From the NCBI GenBank assembly GCA_044359885.1, contig JBIKLI010000003.1:1-37874 (forward strand): a stretch of 37,874 nucleotides of DNA, given 5' to 3'. Below are positions 12,788 through 22,416 of this stretch, piece by piece (position 1 is the first letter of the stretch; the number at the start of each line of letters is the position of its first letter). The notes below the pieces were generated by a model. It was not told the DNA's origin. It worked only from the letters and a program-made list of their open reading frames with translations, and did no database searches. A program made the translations under genes and the position numbers. Source of the stretch: Alphaproteobacteria bacterium. Lineage in GTDB: Bacteria; Pseudomonadota; Alphaproteobacteria; CACIAM-22H2.

Positions 12788-15700
12788 CTATCCCCAGATC
12801 TCGACCGGGACCTGCAGACGCGCCGACAGCGACGCGAAATAGGCCGCATCCAGGGTCTCGATGCCGCTGCCGCCCGGTGTCCAGCTGCCGTCGACGTCGC
12901 CCTTGAGCACCGCCACGAAGTTCTTGCCCTCGGCGACGGCAAGGTCGGCGACGACCGCCTGCCGGTCGTAGGTCACATTGCCGGCATCGAGCGTCACCCG
13001 GCCCTGCGCCTCGTCCCAGAAATCCTCGTCCTCGCGCACGAAGATCCAGTCCTGCGCCGGCGCATCCGGGCGCCGGACCACCATCTTCAGGATCCCGAGC
13101 GCATCCTGGGCATCCACGCTTCCGTCGCCGTTCACGTCCGCGCCGATGAACTGGTACGGAGTCACAAGCGCCGGCTGATCCGGTCCGACGCCATCGGGAT
13201 CGTGGTTCGGATTGCGCCCCACCGCGATCTTCAGCGCCGCGAGCGCGTCCGCGGCGTCGATCGAGTCGCCCGAATCGGCCGTCCCGCGCCGCAGCGACAG
13301 CGCGTAGACGTCTTCGGACAGGTCGCTCAGCGAATATCGCCCGTCGCCGGGCGTCGTCTGTCTCGTCGCCTGGGTCGCGAAGCGCGGCGCCTGCGCACCG
13401 CCCAGTTGCGCCGTCGATACCTCCACCTCCGTCATGCCGGCCCCGGGCGCCAGATCGATCGTCGCCGTCCCCAGAGCGACGGCGCCGGAGAGCGTGGCCG
13501 GGCCGGTCGCATCCAGATCCAGACGCCCCGGAGACGGCCTGACACTCAGCGTCCAGCCATCGAGCGCCGCGCCCGGCGTCCAGGACACCGGCGCCGCGCC
13601 ACCGACGCGCAGGTCGAAAGCCAGAGACGAAACCGCGGCACCGGCATTCGCCCACACCTCGAAACGCGCATCGCCATTCGCATCGAACCCCAGCCCGCGG
13701 ATCTCGATCGGCGATGTCGCCCCCGCCGGCCTGCCGTCCCCGGCAGCCGTCACCGACACATCGGGCAGCAGCGCGCGGTTCTTCCAGTGATAGGCCATGC
13801 CGGAAATGCCGAACGGTGCCGCAGCCCACGTCGCACCGACCGAGAAGCTCGCCACGTCGTTGCCCGCGACGTCCTGCAGCACATCGCTCGTCTGATCGCC
13901 CGCCGGATCGGCGTAGGCGACGACCGAACCGGCGCCGGACGCCACCGCGCCGCCCAGGCTCAGCGTCGCGGTTCCACCCGCCAGCGTCACCCCGGTCACC
14001 GCGATCACCTGGCCGTCCGCATTCACGGCGAAACCGCCGGGCGTGACGCCGCCGGCCGCAAGCACCTCGTCGAAGGTCAACGTCACCTGCGTGCCGGCGG
14101 CATTGAACCGCGCGCCATTCGCCTGCAGCTTGGGCGCGCGGTCATCGACGTCGTCGTTCCGGATCGTCGCGGATGCGCTGGCCGTGCCCAGCGTCGCCCC
14201 TGTCGCGCCGGACAGGGTCAGGGTGAAGCCCTCGTCCGGCTCGATCGTCGTGTCGCCGGCGATATTCACGGCAACGGTCTTCGACGTCTCGCCCGCCGCG
14301 AAGCTGATGGTCCCATGCGGCAGCGCATTGCCGACGAAATCCCCCGCGCTCGCCGGATCGCTGCCGCTGCCGGCGACCGACCAGACGCCGCTCGCTGGCC
14401 GGGACGCATCGCCGCTGCGCGCCACCTGAAACACGACCGTCGCGGCCCCCTGATCTCCCTCCGCGACCGGCGAGGCGGGCCCGCCCACGGACAATTGGGT
14501 ATCCGACACGCTGTCGTCGTTCACGATCGTGGCGATCGCCGACGCCGCGGCCAGGATCGTTCCCGGCGACGGGGCCGAGAGCGTCAGGGCGAAGGCCTCG
14601 TCGGCCTCGATCGCGCCGTCGCCGGCCACGGTCACGACGATCGGCCGTGCCGTCTCGCCCGCGGCGAACGTGATCGTTCCCGAGGGCAGGAATCCCGCGG
14701 CGAAATCGGTCGCGCTCGCAGGGTTCGGGCCGTTGCCGGTCACCGACCAGACCGCGCTCGACACACCGGAGATGTCCCCGGCGCGCGTGATCGAAAAGAC
14801 GAAAGCGGTATCCTCGCCATCGCCCTCGGCCGTGATGCCCGGGGGGGCCTCGACCGACAGCGTGAACGCCGCCGCGACGACCCGATCGGCGAAGCGGATC
14901 ATTTCGACGCCGCTCAGCGTGTCGGTTCCCGACGACCCGCTCAGCGCGCGCAGCGTGAGCGCGCCCGTCGGCTCGAGCCGGATGTCGTAGGCGGACCGCA
15001 CCAGCGGGTAGAGCGCGCTGTCGGCGCCGTCGCCCCCGTCGAGACGATCGTCGCCCGCGCCGCCGTCCAGCATGTCGTCGCCGCGACCGCCGGACAGGAC
15101 GTTGTCGCCGGCGTTTCCCGTCAGGGTGTCGGCGAAGCTGCCACCGCGCAGGTTCTCGATGCCGGCGAAGCGGTCGGCGCCGTCGGCGCCCGACGCGCTT
15201 CCGCCGCCGTCGGCGCCCAGCACCGCGGTCACCGGGCCGCCGGCATGCGCGTATTCGACCGTGTCGATGCCGGCGCCGCCGTCGACCAGGTCGTCGCCCC
15301 TGCCGCCGGCGAGAACATCGTCGCCGGCCTCGCCGAAGATCTCGTCGTCGCCGTCGCCCGCATCGATCCAGTCGGCACCGGGACCGCCGCGGAGCGCTTC
15401 GCCATAGGCGCTGCCGACGATCAGGTCGTCGCCGGACAGGCCCTGCACCGATTGCGCGGCCGCGAAGCCGAAATCCCGGTTGGCGACCGTCGCGCCGGCG
15501 ACGACCTCGACCGCATGCGAAACCGGCAGGAACTGCTTCATGCCGAGGATCGCCTCCGCCATGGCGAGCATGTCGATGCGATGGAATGTCAGGCCGGTAT
15601 TCGCGACGTTGTCATTCTCGTCGTCCCCGTCGACGATCGCGTCCCCGGTGCTCTTGAGCAGGCTTCGGACCTCGTCGAAATTGAGCCGGCGGCCCAGTTC

Positions 15701-18700
15701 GCGCTCGGACAGCTGCTGCGCGAGCGCGATCATCCCGGCGACCTGCGGCGACGCCATGCTGGTCCCGGACAGCACGGCATGGCCGCCGCCCAGATAGGCG
15801 GCATCGATGAACACGCCCGGCGCGAAGATGTCCGACTCGGTGTCGTCGCGCTGCGAGAAGACGGCGATCGCGTCGGTCGTGCCAGTCTGGCGATTGCCAT
15901 AGGTGCCGCCGCGCGGCCAAACGGCGCCCACGGACAGCGAATAGGGATCCGCCGACGGATAGGCGACGCCCTGGTTTCCGGCATAGGAATTGCCGGACGC
16001 CGAAACGACGACCACGCCGCTGTTGCTCAGCGCCTTGAACTGGCTCGACAGCGGGCCTGCCACGGGCGCGGCGTGAAATTCCTGGGAACCGAGCGAGAGA
16101 TTGACGGCGACGACGTTGTACTGCCTGGCGTTGGCGACGACCCAGTTCGCGGCCTCGACGATGTCGCCATAGCTGGCCGCCCCCGATCCGTCGGGAAAGA
16201 CCTTCAGGACGATCAGGTTCGCTCCCGGCGCGACGCCGGGATAGGTCGCGTCGCCCGAGGCGACGATCCCGGCCACATGCGTGCCATGGCCGGCGCCATC
16301 GGCGGCGCTGGCGTCGTTGGCGCCGAAGAAGTCGTACTGGAAGACGATGCGATCGGCGATCCCGTCGCCATCGCCATCGGGGCCGAAATGAGGGTGGTCG
16401 AGGTCGATCCCCGTGTCGATGACGACGACGGAATATCCCGCCCCGTCGATGCCGGCGAAACGCGGATCGGCGCGGAAGGCGGCGATGTTCGTGGCGGTGC
16501 CGAGATTCGCATAGGTCGGCGGCCCGCCCGATTGCAGATCGAGAGTGCCGGCGGTCGTCACCGCCCCGGCGGTCGCCTGGTTGGTGACGATCGTCGCGCT
16601 GGCGTCGCTCGCGGTCGGGAAGGTCGGAACCCAGCCGGGGGCGACCCGCGCGACGATCGCATGCGGACCCGGCGCGAGGCCGTCGAGGCGATAGGCCCCC
16701 GATGCGTCGGTCCGGGCTTCGGCCTCGCCGCTGTCGAGCCTGCCGTTGCGGTTCGCGTCGTCGAACACCGTCCAGTTGGCAAGCGACGTCTCGGCCGGAT
16801 CGAGGATCTTGTTCCGGTTGAGGTCGTGCCACAGCCTGCCGCCGACGCTGCCGGTCGTCGGGGCATCGTTGTCCGAAATCGTGAAGGCCAGCCCGCTGGC
16901 GGGGAGGTTGCTGTAGGGACCGTCGGCCGCGATCGTCGTCGCCCGCAGCGTCCCGCCATGCGTCCGTTCGTCGGCGACGTCGTCGATCGCGAGGACCGTC
17001 AGGGCCTGCGGCACGTTCCAGTTCGCCGGACCGAAGGCCAGCGACGGCACGGCGGGGAACAATTGGTCGCCCCCGTCGAAGACAACCGTCACGACCGAGG
17101 ACGGCGCGGCCGCGAGCGAGACCTGGACCGCCGCGCCGCCACCCCCTTCGGCCAGAAGGGTCGTCGCCGGCGCCATGACGACCTTCGGTGGATTGGCCAC
17201 CGCGACGTTGCGGTCGAGGAAAGCGAGCATCTCGACATTCGTCGCGGCGACCGTCTGGCCAGCCTGGATCGTGCCGGCCTTGCCGGTGACGATCAACTGG
17301 TCGCGCGCCGCCGACGGGAAGTCGATGACGAAGTCGTCATGTCGGCCGAAGAAGGCCAACGTGTCCTGGCCGGTGCCGCCGTCGACGACATCGCTGCCGC
17401 CGCGGCCATCGACGATGTCGTCGCCCGTCGTGCCGGCCAGGACGTCCGCGACGGGCGCACCGAAGATCTTGTTGATGTCGTTCGTCTCCAGCGCGCGGGT
17501 CTGCGACTGGTTGAAGGCCAGGGTCTCGATGCCGATCGCGGTGATCGTATGGCCGGCATATTCATGCGCGGCGTCGCCGCCCTGGATGCGGGTGATCCCT
17601 GCCACGGTCTGGACGACGAACTGCTCGCGGGCGCCGAACAGCGCCAGCGTATCGTGTCCAGCCCCGCCCTCGACAAGATCGCTTCCACCCAGCGGGTCGA
17701 TGAGGTCGTTGCCGGCGGTGCCTGAGACGACCTCCGACTGCGACGTCCCGAAAACCGGCGTCGCTCCGGCCGCGCCGAGATTCTCGGTGCCAGACCAGGT
17801 CCGGATCTTCTCGACGTTCCAGACCCGCGAGACGGTGAAGGCGTGTTCGCCGGCGGCATAGTTGCCGCGGATGGCCGTGATCCCGCCGATCGCGTTGACC
17901 GAGAGATTGTCGGCATGCGTGCGGAAGAGAACCGTATCGGTGCCGTCGCCACCATCGATCTGGTCATGACCACCGGCGCCATAGACGAGGTCGGCGCCCG
18001 TGGTGCCCTGGATCCTGTCCGCGCCGGGTGTCCCGACGATCGCACCGGACGGGATCCCGTCGTCCAGCGACGCGCCTGCCGACAGCCGGTATTCGCCGTC
18101 GCTATGGAGATGGCCGGCCGCGCTCACGGAGAGGAAATACGTCCCCGGCGCGGCGGCCTCGACCTCGAAGGCGACGTCGCCGCCGGTGTCGCGTGTCGCG
18201 AGCGTGACGCCCAGGGCGTCCTGCACCTCCAGATGGAAGTAGTTGGCGTAGGTGCTGTCGGTCGGGCCGTCGAATTCGATGGCCAGTTTCCCGCCGGAGG
18301 CCAAGGTCACGACATATCGGTCGTCGTCGCCGAGCCAGGAGAGCTGGCCGCGAATGCTGTCGCCGACCGCCAGGACATCGGCCGTGGCGTTGCTGTCGTT
18401 CGTCTCGCTCTCGCGGGCGATCGTGCTGGCGGTCGCGGTCGCCGTCAGGGCGTATTGGCGGGCGTCATGCGCGTAGAACCCGGCCGTGACCGCGATGAAA
18501 TGGCCGCCGGGAACGGGCGCCGCGACCGTGAAGCCGGTGTCGCCGAAGACGGCGCGGCTCGCCAGGAGATTGCCGAGCTCGTCGAAGACCCAGATGTTGA
18601 AATGTTCAAGAACTTCGTTTTCGACCGGTGAATCGAACGCGATCGCCAGGTCGGCCGCCGCCGCCGTGTCGAGGCGGTACCAGTCCACGTCGTCCCAGTT

Positions 18701-19864
18701 CGAGATGCGGCCGAACTTCGCGCTGCCGGAGGCAAGCGGATTGGCGAGATCGTCGTTCGGTTCCTGCTCGAAATCGGCCTCGGCCCCGGCGGTCAAGGCC
18801 AGTTTCAGCCTGTACTGCCCCGGATCGAAGAAGATGTCGCCGCTGCCGACCTGCACGAAGATGTCGCCGGGCGTCGCGACCCGTGACTGGAACACCAGAT
18901 CGGAACCCGCGCCCGCCGAACCGAGTTCGGTCCCCTGGGCGTCGAACACGGCGATGTGGAAATAGTCGAAATATTCGCTTTCGGCCGGCGCATCGAAGTC
19001 GACGGTCAGCAAGCCGGCGGTCGCGGCGGTGAACCGGAAGATGTCGATGTCGTCATGGCCGGACAATTGTCCCGCGATGGCGCCGTCCGCGACGATCGGG
19101 TCCGCCGCCGAGAATGTCCCGTTCGGTTCGGACTCGAAGCCGGCGATCGACCCGGCGGCGTGGCTGACCGTCAGCCTGTAGGGATCGTCGCTGTGGAAGC
19201 TCGCGGCTTCGACGGCGACGAAATAGCTGCCGGCCGCCGCAACGCCCACCTGCCATGTCGCATCCGAGCCCGTCTGATGGAGGCTCATCAACCTGCCGGC
19301 CGCGTCGTAGAGACCGAGCATGAAATCGTCCAGCAGCGAGTCCACCCAAACGTCCAGCGCCAGCGTCACGATGCCGGGCGCATCGGCCTCGAACCGGAAG
19401 ACATCCAGGTCGCGGTCCGTCATCAGCTGCGCCGACATCGCCGTGCCCAGCGTCAGCGCGTCGGCGGTCGTCAATGTCCCGTTCGGCTCCGACTCGACAC
19501 CGGCGGCTGGCCCTGCGGCATGGCCGACCGTCAACGCGTAGGCTTCGGTGGTGTGGAAGCTCGCGGCCTCGATGACCACGAAATGGTTGCCCGCCGCGGC
19601 GACCCCGGTCTGCCATGTCAGGTCCGAACCCGTCTCGCAGCGGCTCAGCAACTCGCCGCCCGCGTCGTAGAGACCGAGCGCGAAGAAGTCCAGCCACGCG
19701 CTCGTTGGCACGTCCAGCGCCAGAGTGAGGACGCCCGGCGCGCTCAGGTCGAGGCGATAGATGTCGACGTCCCAGGGGATCGATAGGCGGCCGACCGACG
19801 CCACGCCCGGCACGAGCGGATCGGCCAGGGCGAACGAATGGTTGGGCTCCACTTCCTGCGGCAT
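12788..19864 (-). CDS. Large RTX-type secreted S8 (subtilisin-like) protease/adhesin with PPC repeats, Calx-beta, SdrD-B-like, SwmB-like and dockerin-like modules
   Basis: 2358 aa with a GGGGGAG RBS. Triad VIDTG (D1150), HGTHVAG (H1193) and GTSMA (S1369); GGxGxD nonapeptides; IEADEAF/IEPDEGF...ATIxNDD Calx-beta motifs. No Sec signal peptide visible. Confidence 0.92.
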   Translation of the reverse strand: MPQEVEPNHSFALADPLVPGVASVGRLSIPWDVDIYRLDLSAPGVLTLALDVPTSAWLDFFALGLYDAGGELLSRCETGSDLTWQTGVAAAGNHFVVIEAASFHTTEAYALTVGHAAGPAAGVESEPNGTLTTADALTLGTAMSAQLMTDRDLDVFRFEADAPGIVTLALDVWVDSLLDDFMLGLYDAAGRLMSLHQTGSDATWQVGVAAAGSYFVAVEAASFHSDDPYRLTVSHAAGSIAGFESEPNGTFSAADPIVADGAIAGQLSGHDDIDIFRFTAATAGLLTVDFDAPAESEYFDYFHIAVFDAQGTELGSAGAGSDLVFQSRVATPGDIFVQVGSGDIFFDPGQYRLKLALTAGAEADFEQEPNDDLANPLASGSAKFGRISNWDDVDWYRLDTAAAADLAIAFDSPVENEVLEHFNIWVFDELGNLLASRAVFGDTGFTVAAPVPGGHFIAVTAGFYAHDARQYALTATATASTIARESETNDSNATADVLAVGDSIRGQLSWLGDDDRYVVTLASGGKLAIEFDGPTDSTYANYFHLEVQDALGVTLATRDTGGDVAFEVEAAAPGTYFLSVSAAGHLHSDGEYRLSAGASLDDGIPSGAIVGTPGADRIQGTTGADLVYGAGGHDQIDGGDGTDTVLFRTHADNLSVNAIGGITAIRGNYAAGEHAFTVSRVWNVEKIRTWSGTENLGAAGATPVFGTSQSEVVSGTAGNDLIDPLGGSDLVEGGAGHDTLALFGAREQFVVQTVAGITRIQGGDAAHEYAGHTITAIGIETLAFNQSQTRALETNDINKIFGAPVADVLAGTTGDDIVDGRGGSDVVDGGTGQDTLAFFGRHDDFVIDFPSAARDQLIVTGKAGTIQAGQTVAATNVEMLAFLDRNVAVANPPKVVMAPATTLLAEGGGGAAVQVSLAAAPSSVVTVVFDGGDQLFPAVPSLAFGPANWNVPQALTVLAIDDVADERTHGGTLRATTIAADGPYSNLPASGLAFTISDNDAPTTGSVGGRLWHDLNRNKILDPAETSLANWTVFDDANRNGRLDSGEAEARTDASGAYRLDGLAPGPHAIVARVAPGWVPTFPTASDASATIVTNQATAGAVTTAGTLDLQSGGPPTYANLGTATNIAAFRADPRFAGIDGAGYSVVVIDTGIDLDHPHFGPDGDGDGIADRIVFQYDFFGANDASAADGAGHGTHVAGIVASGDATYPGVAPGANLIVLKVFPDGSGAASYGDIVEAANWVVANARQYNVVAVNLSLGSQEFHAAPVAGPLSSQFKALSNSGVVVVSASGNSYAGNQGVAYPSADPYSLSVGAVWPRGGTYGNRQTGTTDAIAVFSQRDDTESDIFAPGVFIDAAYLGGGHAVLSGTSMASPQVAGMIALAQQLSERELGRRLNFDEVRSLLKSTGDAIVDGDDENDNVANTGLTFHRIDMLAMAEAILGMKQFLPVSHAVEVVAGATVANRDFGFAAAQSVQGLSGDDLIVGSAYGEALRGGPGADWIDAGDGDDEIFGEAGDDVLAGGRGDDLVDGGAGIDTVEYAHAGGPVTAVLGADGGGSASGADGADRFAGIENLRGGSFADTLTGNAGDNVLSGGRGDDMLDGGAGDDRLDGGDGADSALYPLVRSAYDIRLEPTGALTLRALSGSSGTDTLSGVEMIRFADRVVAAAFTLSVEAPPGITAEGDGEDTAFVFSITRAGDISGVSSAVWSVTGNGPNPASATDFAAGFLPSGTITFAAGETARPIVVTVAGDGAIEADEAFALTLSAPSPGTILAAASAIATIVNDDSVSDTQLSVGGPASPVAEGDQGAATVVFQVARSGDASRPASGVWSVAGSGSDPASAGDFVGNALPHGTISFAAGETSKTVAVNIAGDTTIEPDEGFTLTLSGATGATLGTASASATIRNDDVDDRAPKLQANGARFNAAGTQVTLTFDEVLAAGGVTPGGFAVNADGQVIAVTGVTLAGGTATLSLGGAVASGAGSVVAYADPAGDQTSDVLQDVAGNDVASFSVGATWAAAPFGISGMAYHWKNRALLPDVSVTAAGDGRPAGATSPIEIRGLGFDANGDARFEVWANAGAAVSSLAFDLRVGGAAPVSWTPGAALDGWTLSVRPSPGRLDLDATGPATLSGAVALGTATIDLAPGAGMTEVEVSTAQLGGAQAPRFATQATRQTTPGDGRYSLSDLSEDVYALSLRRGTADSGDSIDAADALAALKIAVGRNPNHDPDGVGPDQPALVTPYQFIGADVNGDGSVDAQDALGILKMVVRRPDAPAQDWIFVREDEDFWDEAQGRVTLDAGNVTYDRQAVVADLAVAEGKNFVAVLKGDVDGSWTPGGSGIETLDAAYFASLSARLQVPVEIWG
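18060..19860 (-). repeat. Five tandem ~120-aa PPC-like repeats inside the protease gene
   Basis: E.EPN/ETN anchors near 19855, 19495, 19135, 18769 and 18412 (spacing about 360 nt), each followed by D.D.Y/F. Repeats 1 and 2 are visibly similar at DNA level. Confidence 0.8.
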
Positions 19865-20022
19865 CCATCTCCCCCTGAACGCGCCGGACGGACCCGCTGC
19901 GACATGGCGAGCGCAGCGACCCGTCTCGGCCGCACCGCCGGACTGCCGGTCGCCAAACTAGCGCATCGGCGGCGCGCCGGCGACCCCGGCCGGCGCGTGC
20001 GGCAGCGGCTGGCCTCCGCGGA

Positions 20023-20457
20023 TCAGCGACCGAACAGCGCCACGAGCAGGCTGGCGAGCGCGCCGGTCGTGAGGAAGCGGCGCAGCTTCGCGTACCAACC
20101 CGGCGCCGTGGGCTCCTTCAGGGTCTCGAGATCGACAGCCAGGGCGATCGCGAGACCGGCGGCCAGCAGGCCCAGACCCTGGGCCGGCGGCATCAGCAAA
20201 GCGGCCCAGCCGACCAGCGACGGAGTCACGCCCCAGCCCAGCCGCCCCCAGGATGGCGCCGCCCCCGAACGCAGCGCGATGCCCCAATGGACGCCACCGA
20301 GGAAGGTCAGGATCAGGGCGCCGTAGGCGACCTGCGCATACAGCGCCGACGAGGCCAGCTCGTCGTCGCCGAAGACGACCGCGATCGCGCAGGCCCAGAA
20401 CGGGACCAGTCCGGCGAGGCCGAGCAGTCGGGCGGGAAGCGGGATCGATGCGAGCAT
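20023..20457 (-). CDS. DUF3429 family membrane protein
   Basis: From MLASIPLPARLLGLAGLVPF, with YGALILTFLGGVHWG and PGWYAKLR. Confidence 0.87.
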   Translation of the reverse strand: MLASIPLPARLLGLAGLVPFWACAIAVVFGDDELASSALYAQVAYGALILTFLGGVHWGIALRSGAAPSWGRLGWGVTPSLVGWAALLMPPAQGLGLLAAGLAIALAVDLETLKEPTAPGWYAKLRRFLTTGALASLLVALFGR

Positions 20458-20635
20458 CCTTGCGGCTCCGGAGGGGGGCGGGCGGAGATGCGGATATCGC
20501 CGATCGCGCGACATGTTTCCAGCGGCCTCCCCGGCCCCTGGCGGCGGCCCGCCGGATCCTTGAGTCCGCCGCGGCACGAAGACTAGGGTGCGACCCCTGG
20601 TGCTTCCCGGCCCGTCGCGGCCGCAACCGGAAGGC

Positions 20636-22321
20636 ATGATGGCCGTTTCATCACGAGTTCTGCCGGCGAGATCGGCCGGGGCGCTGGCGCCCTGGCGCCT
20701 GGGATGCTGGGCGATCGCGATCCTGGTGGCCGCGCCCATCCTGGGGGTCGTCGCCAGCGTGGGCGATGCCGACGGCGCCGTGCTGCGCCATCTGGCCGCG
20801 ACCACGCTGCCGGGGATCCTCGCCAACACGCTCGGGCTCGCGCTGGTCGTCGCGATCGGCACGGGTGCGATCGGCATCGCCACTGCATGGCTGGTCACGA
20901 TGTGCCGCTTCGCGGGGTCGCGGAGCATGGAATGGGCACTGCTGCTGCCAATGGCGATGCCGGCCTACATCGTCGGCTACGCCTATACCGATCTGCTCGC
21001 CTTCGCGGGACCGGTCCAGACCGCGCTGCGCGAGGCGACCGGGTGGCGGCGCGGCGACTACTGGTTTCCCGAACTGCAATCGGTCGGCGGAGCCGGCACG
21101 ATGTTCGTGCTGGTGCTCTACCCCTATGTCTACCTGATGGCGCGCGCGGCGTTCCTGGAGCAGTCGGTCTGCGTCCTGGAAGCCAGCCGCATGCTGGGCG
21201 CGCGGCCGTGGCGCAGCTTCCTCTCCGTCGCGCTGCCGCTCGCGCGGCCGGCGGTCGCCGCGGGGGTGGCTCTGGCGCTGATGGAGACGCTCGCGGATTT
21301 CGGGACGGTCCAGTATTTCGGGATCCAGACCTTCACCACCGCGATCTACCGGACCTGGTACGGCATGGGCGAGCGCGGCGCGGCCGCGCAGCTCGCCTGC
21401 ATGCTGCTGGCGGTCGTCCTGGTGCTGCTGGCGCTGGAGCGCGCCTCGCGCGGCCGCAGCCGTTACCACCATGCCTCCCGGCGCCGGCGCGAGATCCGCC
21501 CCTTCGTCCTCGTCGGCTGGCGCGCCGTCGCCGCCTGGATCGCCTGCGCCGTGCCGGTCGCGCTCGGCTTCGCCGTGCCCGTCGGCGTCCTTGCACGCTT
21601 CCACGCGATCGCCGGCGAGGCCGCCTGGACGGCGCAGTTCGGCGCGCTCGCCCTGAACTCGCTGGTCGTGGCCGGTCTCGCCGCCCTCCTCGCCGCAGCC
21701 GCCGCGCTGGTGCTCGGGTACGGGCTGCGCCGCGCGCGCGATCGCTGGACGCTCGGGGCGATCCGGCTCGCGACCATGGGCTACGCGATCCCCGGGACGG
21801 TGATCGCGGTCGGCGTGGTGATCTGGCTGGGCCGTTTCGACAACACGCTCGATGCCTGGGCCCGCGCCGTCCTCGGCGTCTCGACGGGATTGCTGCTGTC
21901 CGGGTCGATCGTCGCCCTGCTCTTCGCCCATCTGGTCCGCTTCCTGCCGGTGGCGACCAGCGCGATCGAATCGGGCCTCGGACGGATCACGGCCAGCATG
22001 GACGATGCGGCCCGCACATTGGGCGCGCGCCCCGCCCGGATCCTCGTCGACGTCCACGCGCCGATGATGCGCGCTTCGGTGCTGACCGCGGCCACGCTGG
22101 TCTTCGTCGACGTGCTCAAGGAACTGCCCGCGACCCTGCTGGTCAGGCCTTTCAACTTCGACACCCTGGCGGTGCATGTCTACGCGCTGGCCTCCGACGA
22201 GCGGCTGGCCGAAGCATCGACCTCCGCCCTGGCGATCGTGCTGGTCGGGCTCGCCCCGGTTGCGATCCTCAGCGCCATGATCCGCCGTTCGCGCGTCGCC
22301 CTGGATGCGTCCAAACGATGA
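20636..22321 (+). CDS. Fe3+ ABC transporter permease (FbpB/SfuB-like)
   Basis: Duplicated permease halves with LLPMAMPAYIVGYAY, EASRMLG, ETLADFGTV, DAARTLG and KELPATLLVRPFNFDTLA. Confidence 0.9.
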   Translation: MMAVSSRVLPARSAGALAPWRLGCWAIAILVAAPILGVVASVGDADGAVLRHLAATTLPGILANTLGLALVVAIGTGAIGIATAWLVTMCRFAGSRSMEWALLLPMAMPAYIVGYAYTDLLAFAGPVQTALREATGWRRGDYWFPELQSVGGAGTMFVLVLYPYVYLMARAAFLEQSVCVLEASRMLGARPWRSFLSVALPLARPAVAAGVALALMETLADFGTVQYFGIQTFTTAIYRTWYGMGERGAAAQLACMLLAVVLVLLALERASRGRSRYHHASRRRREIRPFVLVGWRAVAAWIACAVPVALGFAVPVGVLARFHAIAGEAAWTAQFGALALNSLVVAGLAALLAAAAALVLGYGLRRARDRWTLGAIRLATMGYAIPGTVIAVGVVIWLGRFDNTLDAWARAVLGVSTGLLLSGSIVALLFAHLVRFLPVATSAIESGLGRITASMDDAARTLGARPARILVDVHAPMMRASVLTAATLVFVDVLKELPATLLVRPFNFDTLAVHVYALASDERLAEASTSALAIVLVGLAPVAILSAMIRRSRVALDASKR

Positions 22322-22416
22322 AATCAAGGTGACATTTCGGTTGCGATGTTCCATTCCTGAGGAAGGTTTCCGATGGGCGCCGCATCGGCGAGCGCCCCGC
22401 CCCGAGGGAGAACGTC

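Noticed and set aside
18060-19860. ~360-nt periodic repeats as a CRISPR or other non-coding array
   Set aside because: They are in-frame, degenerate protein domain repeats within one ORF.
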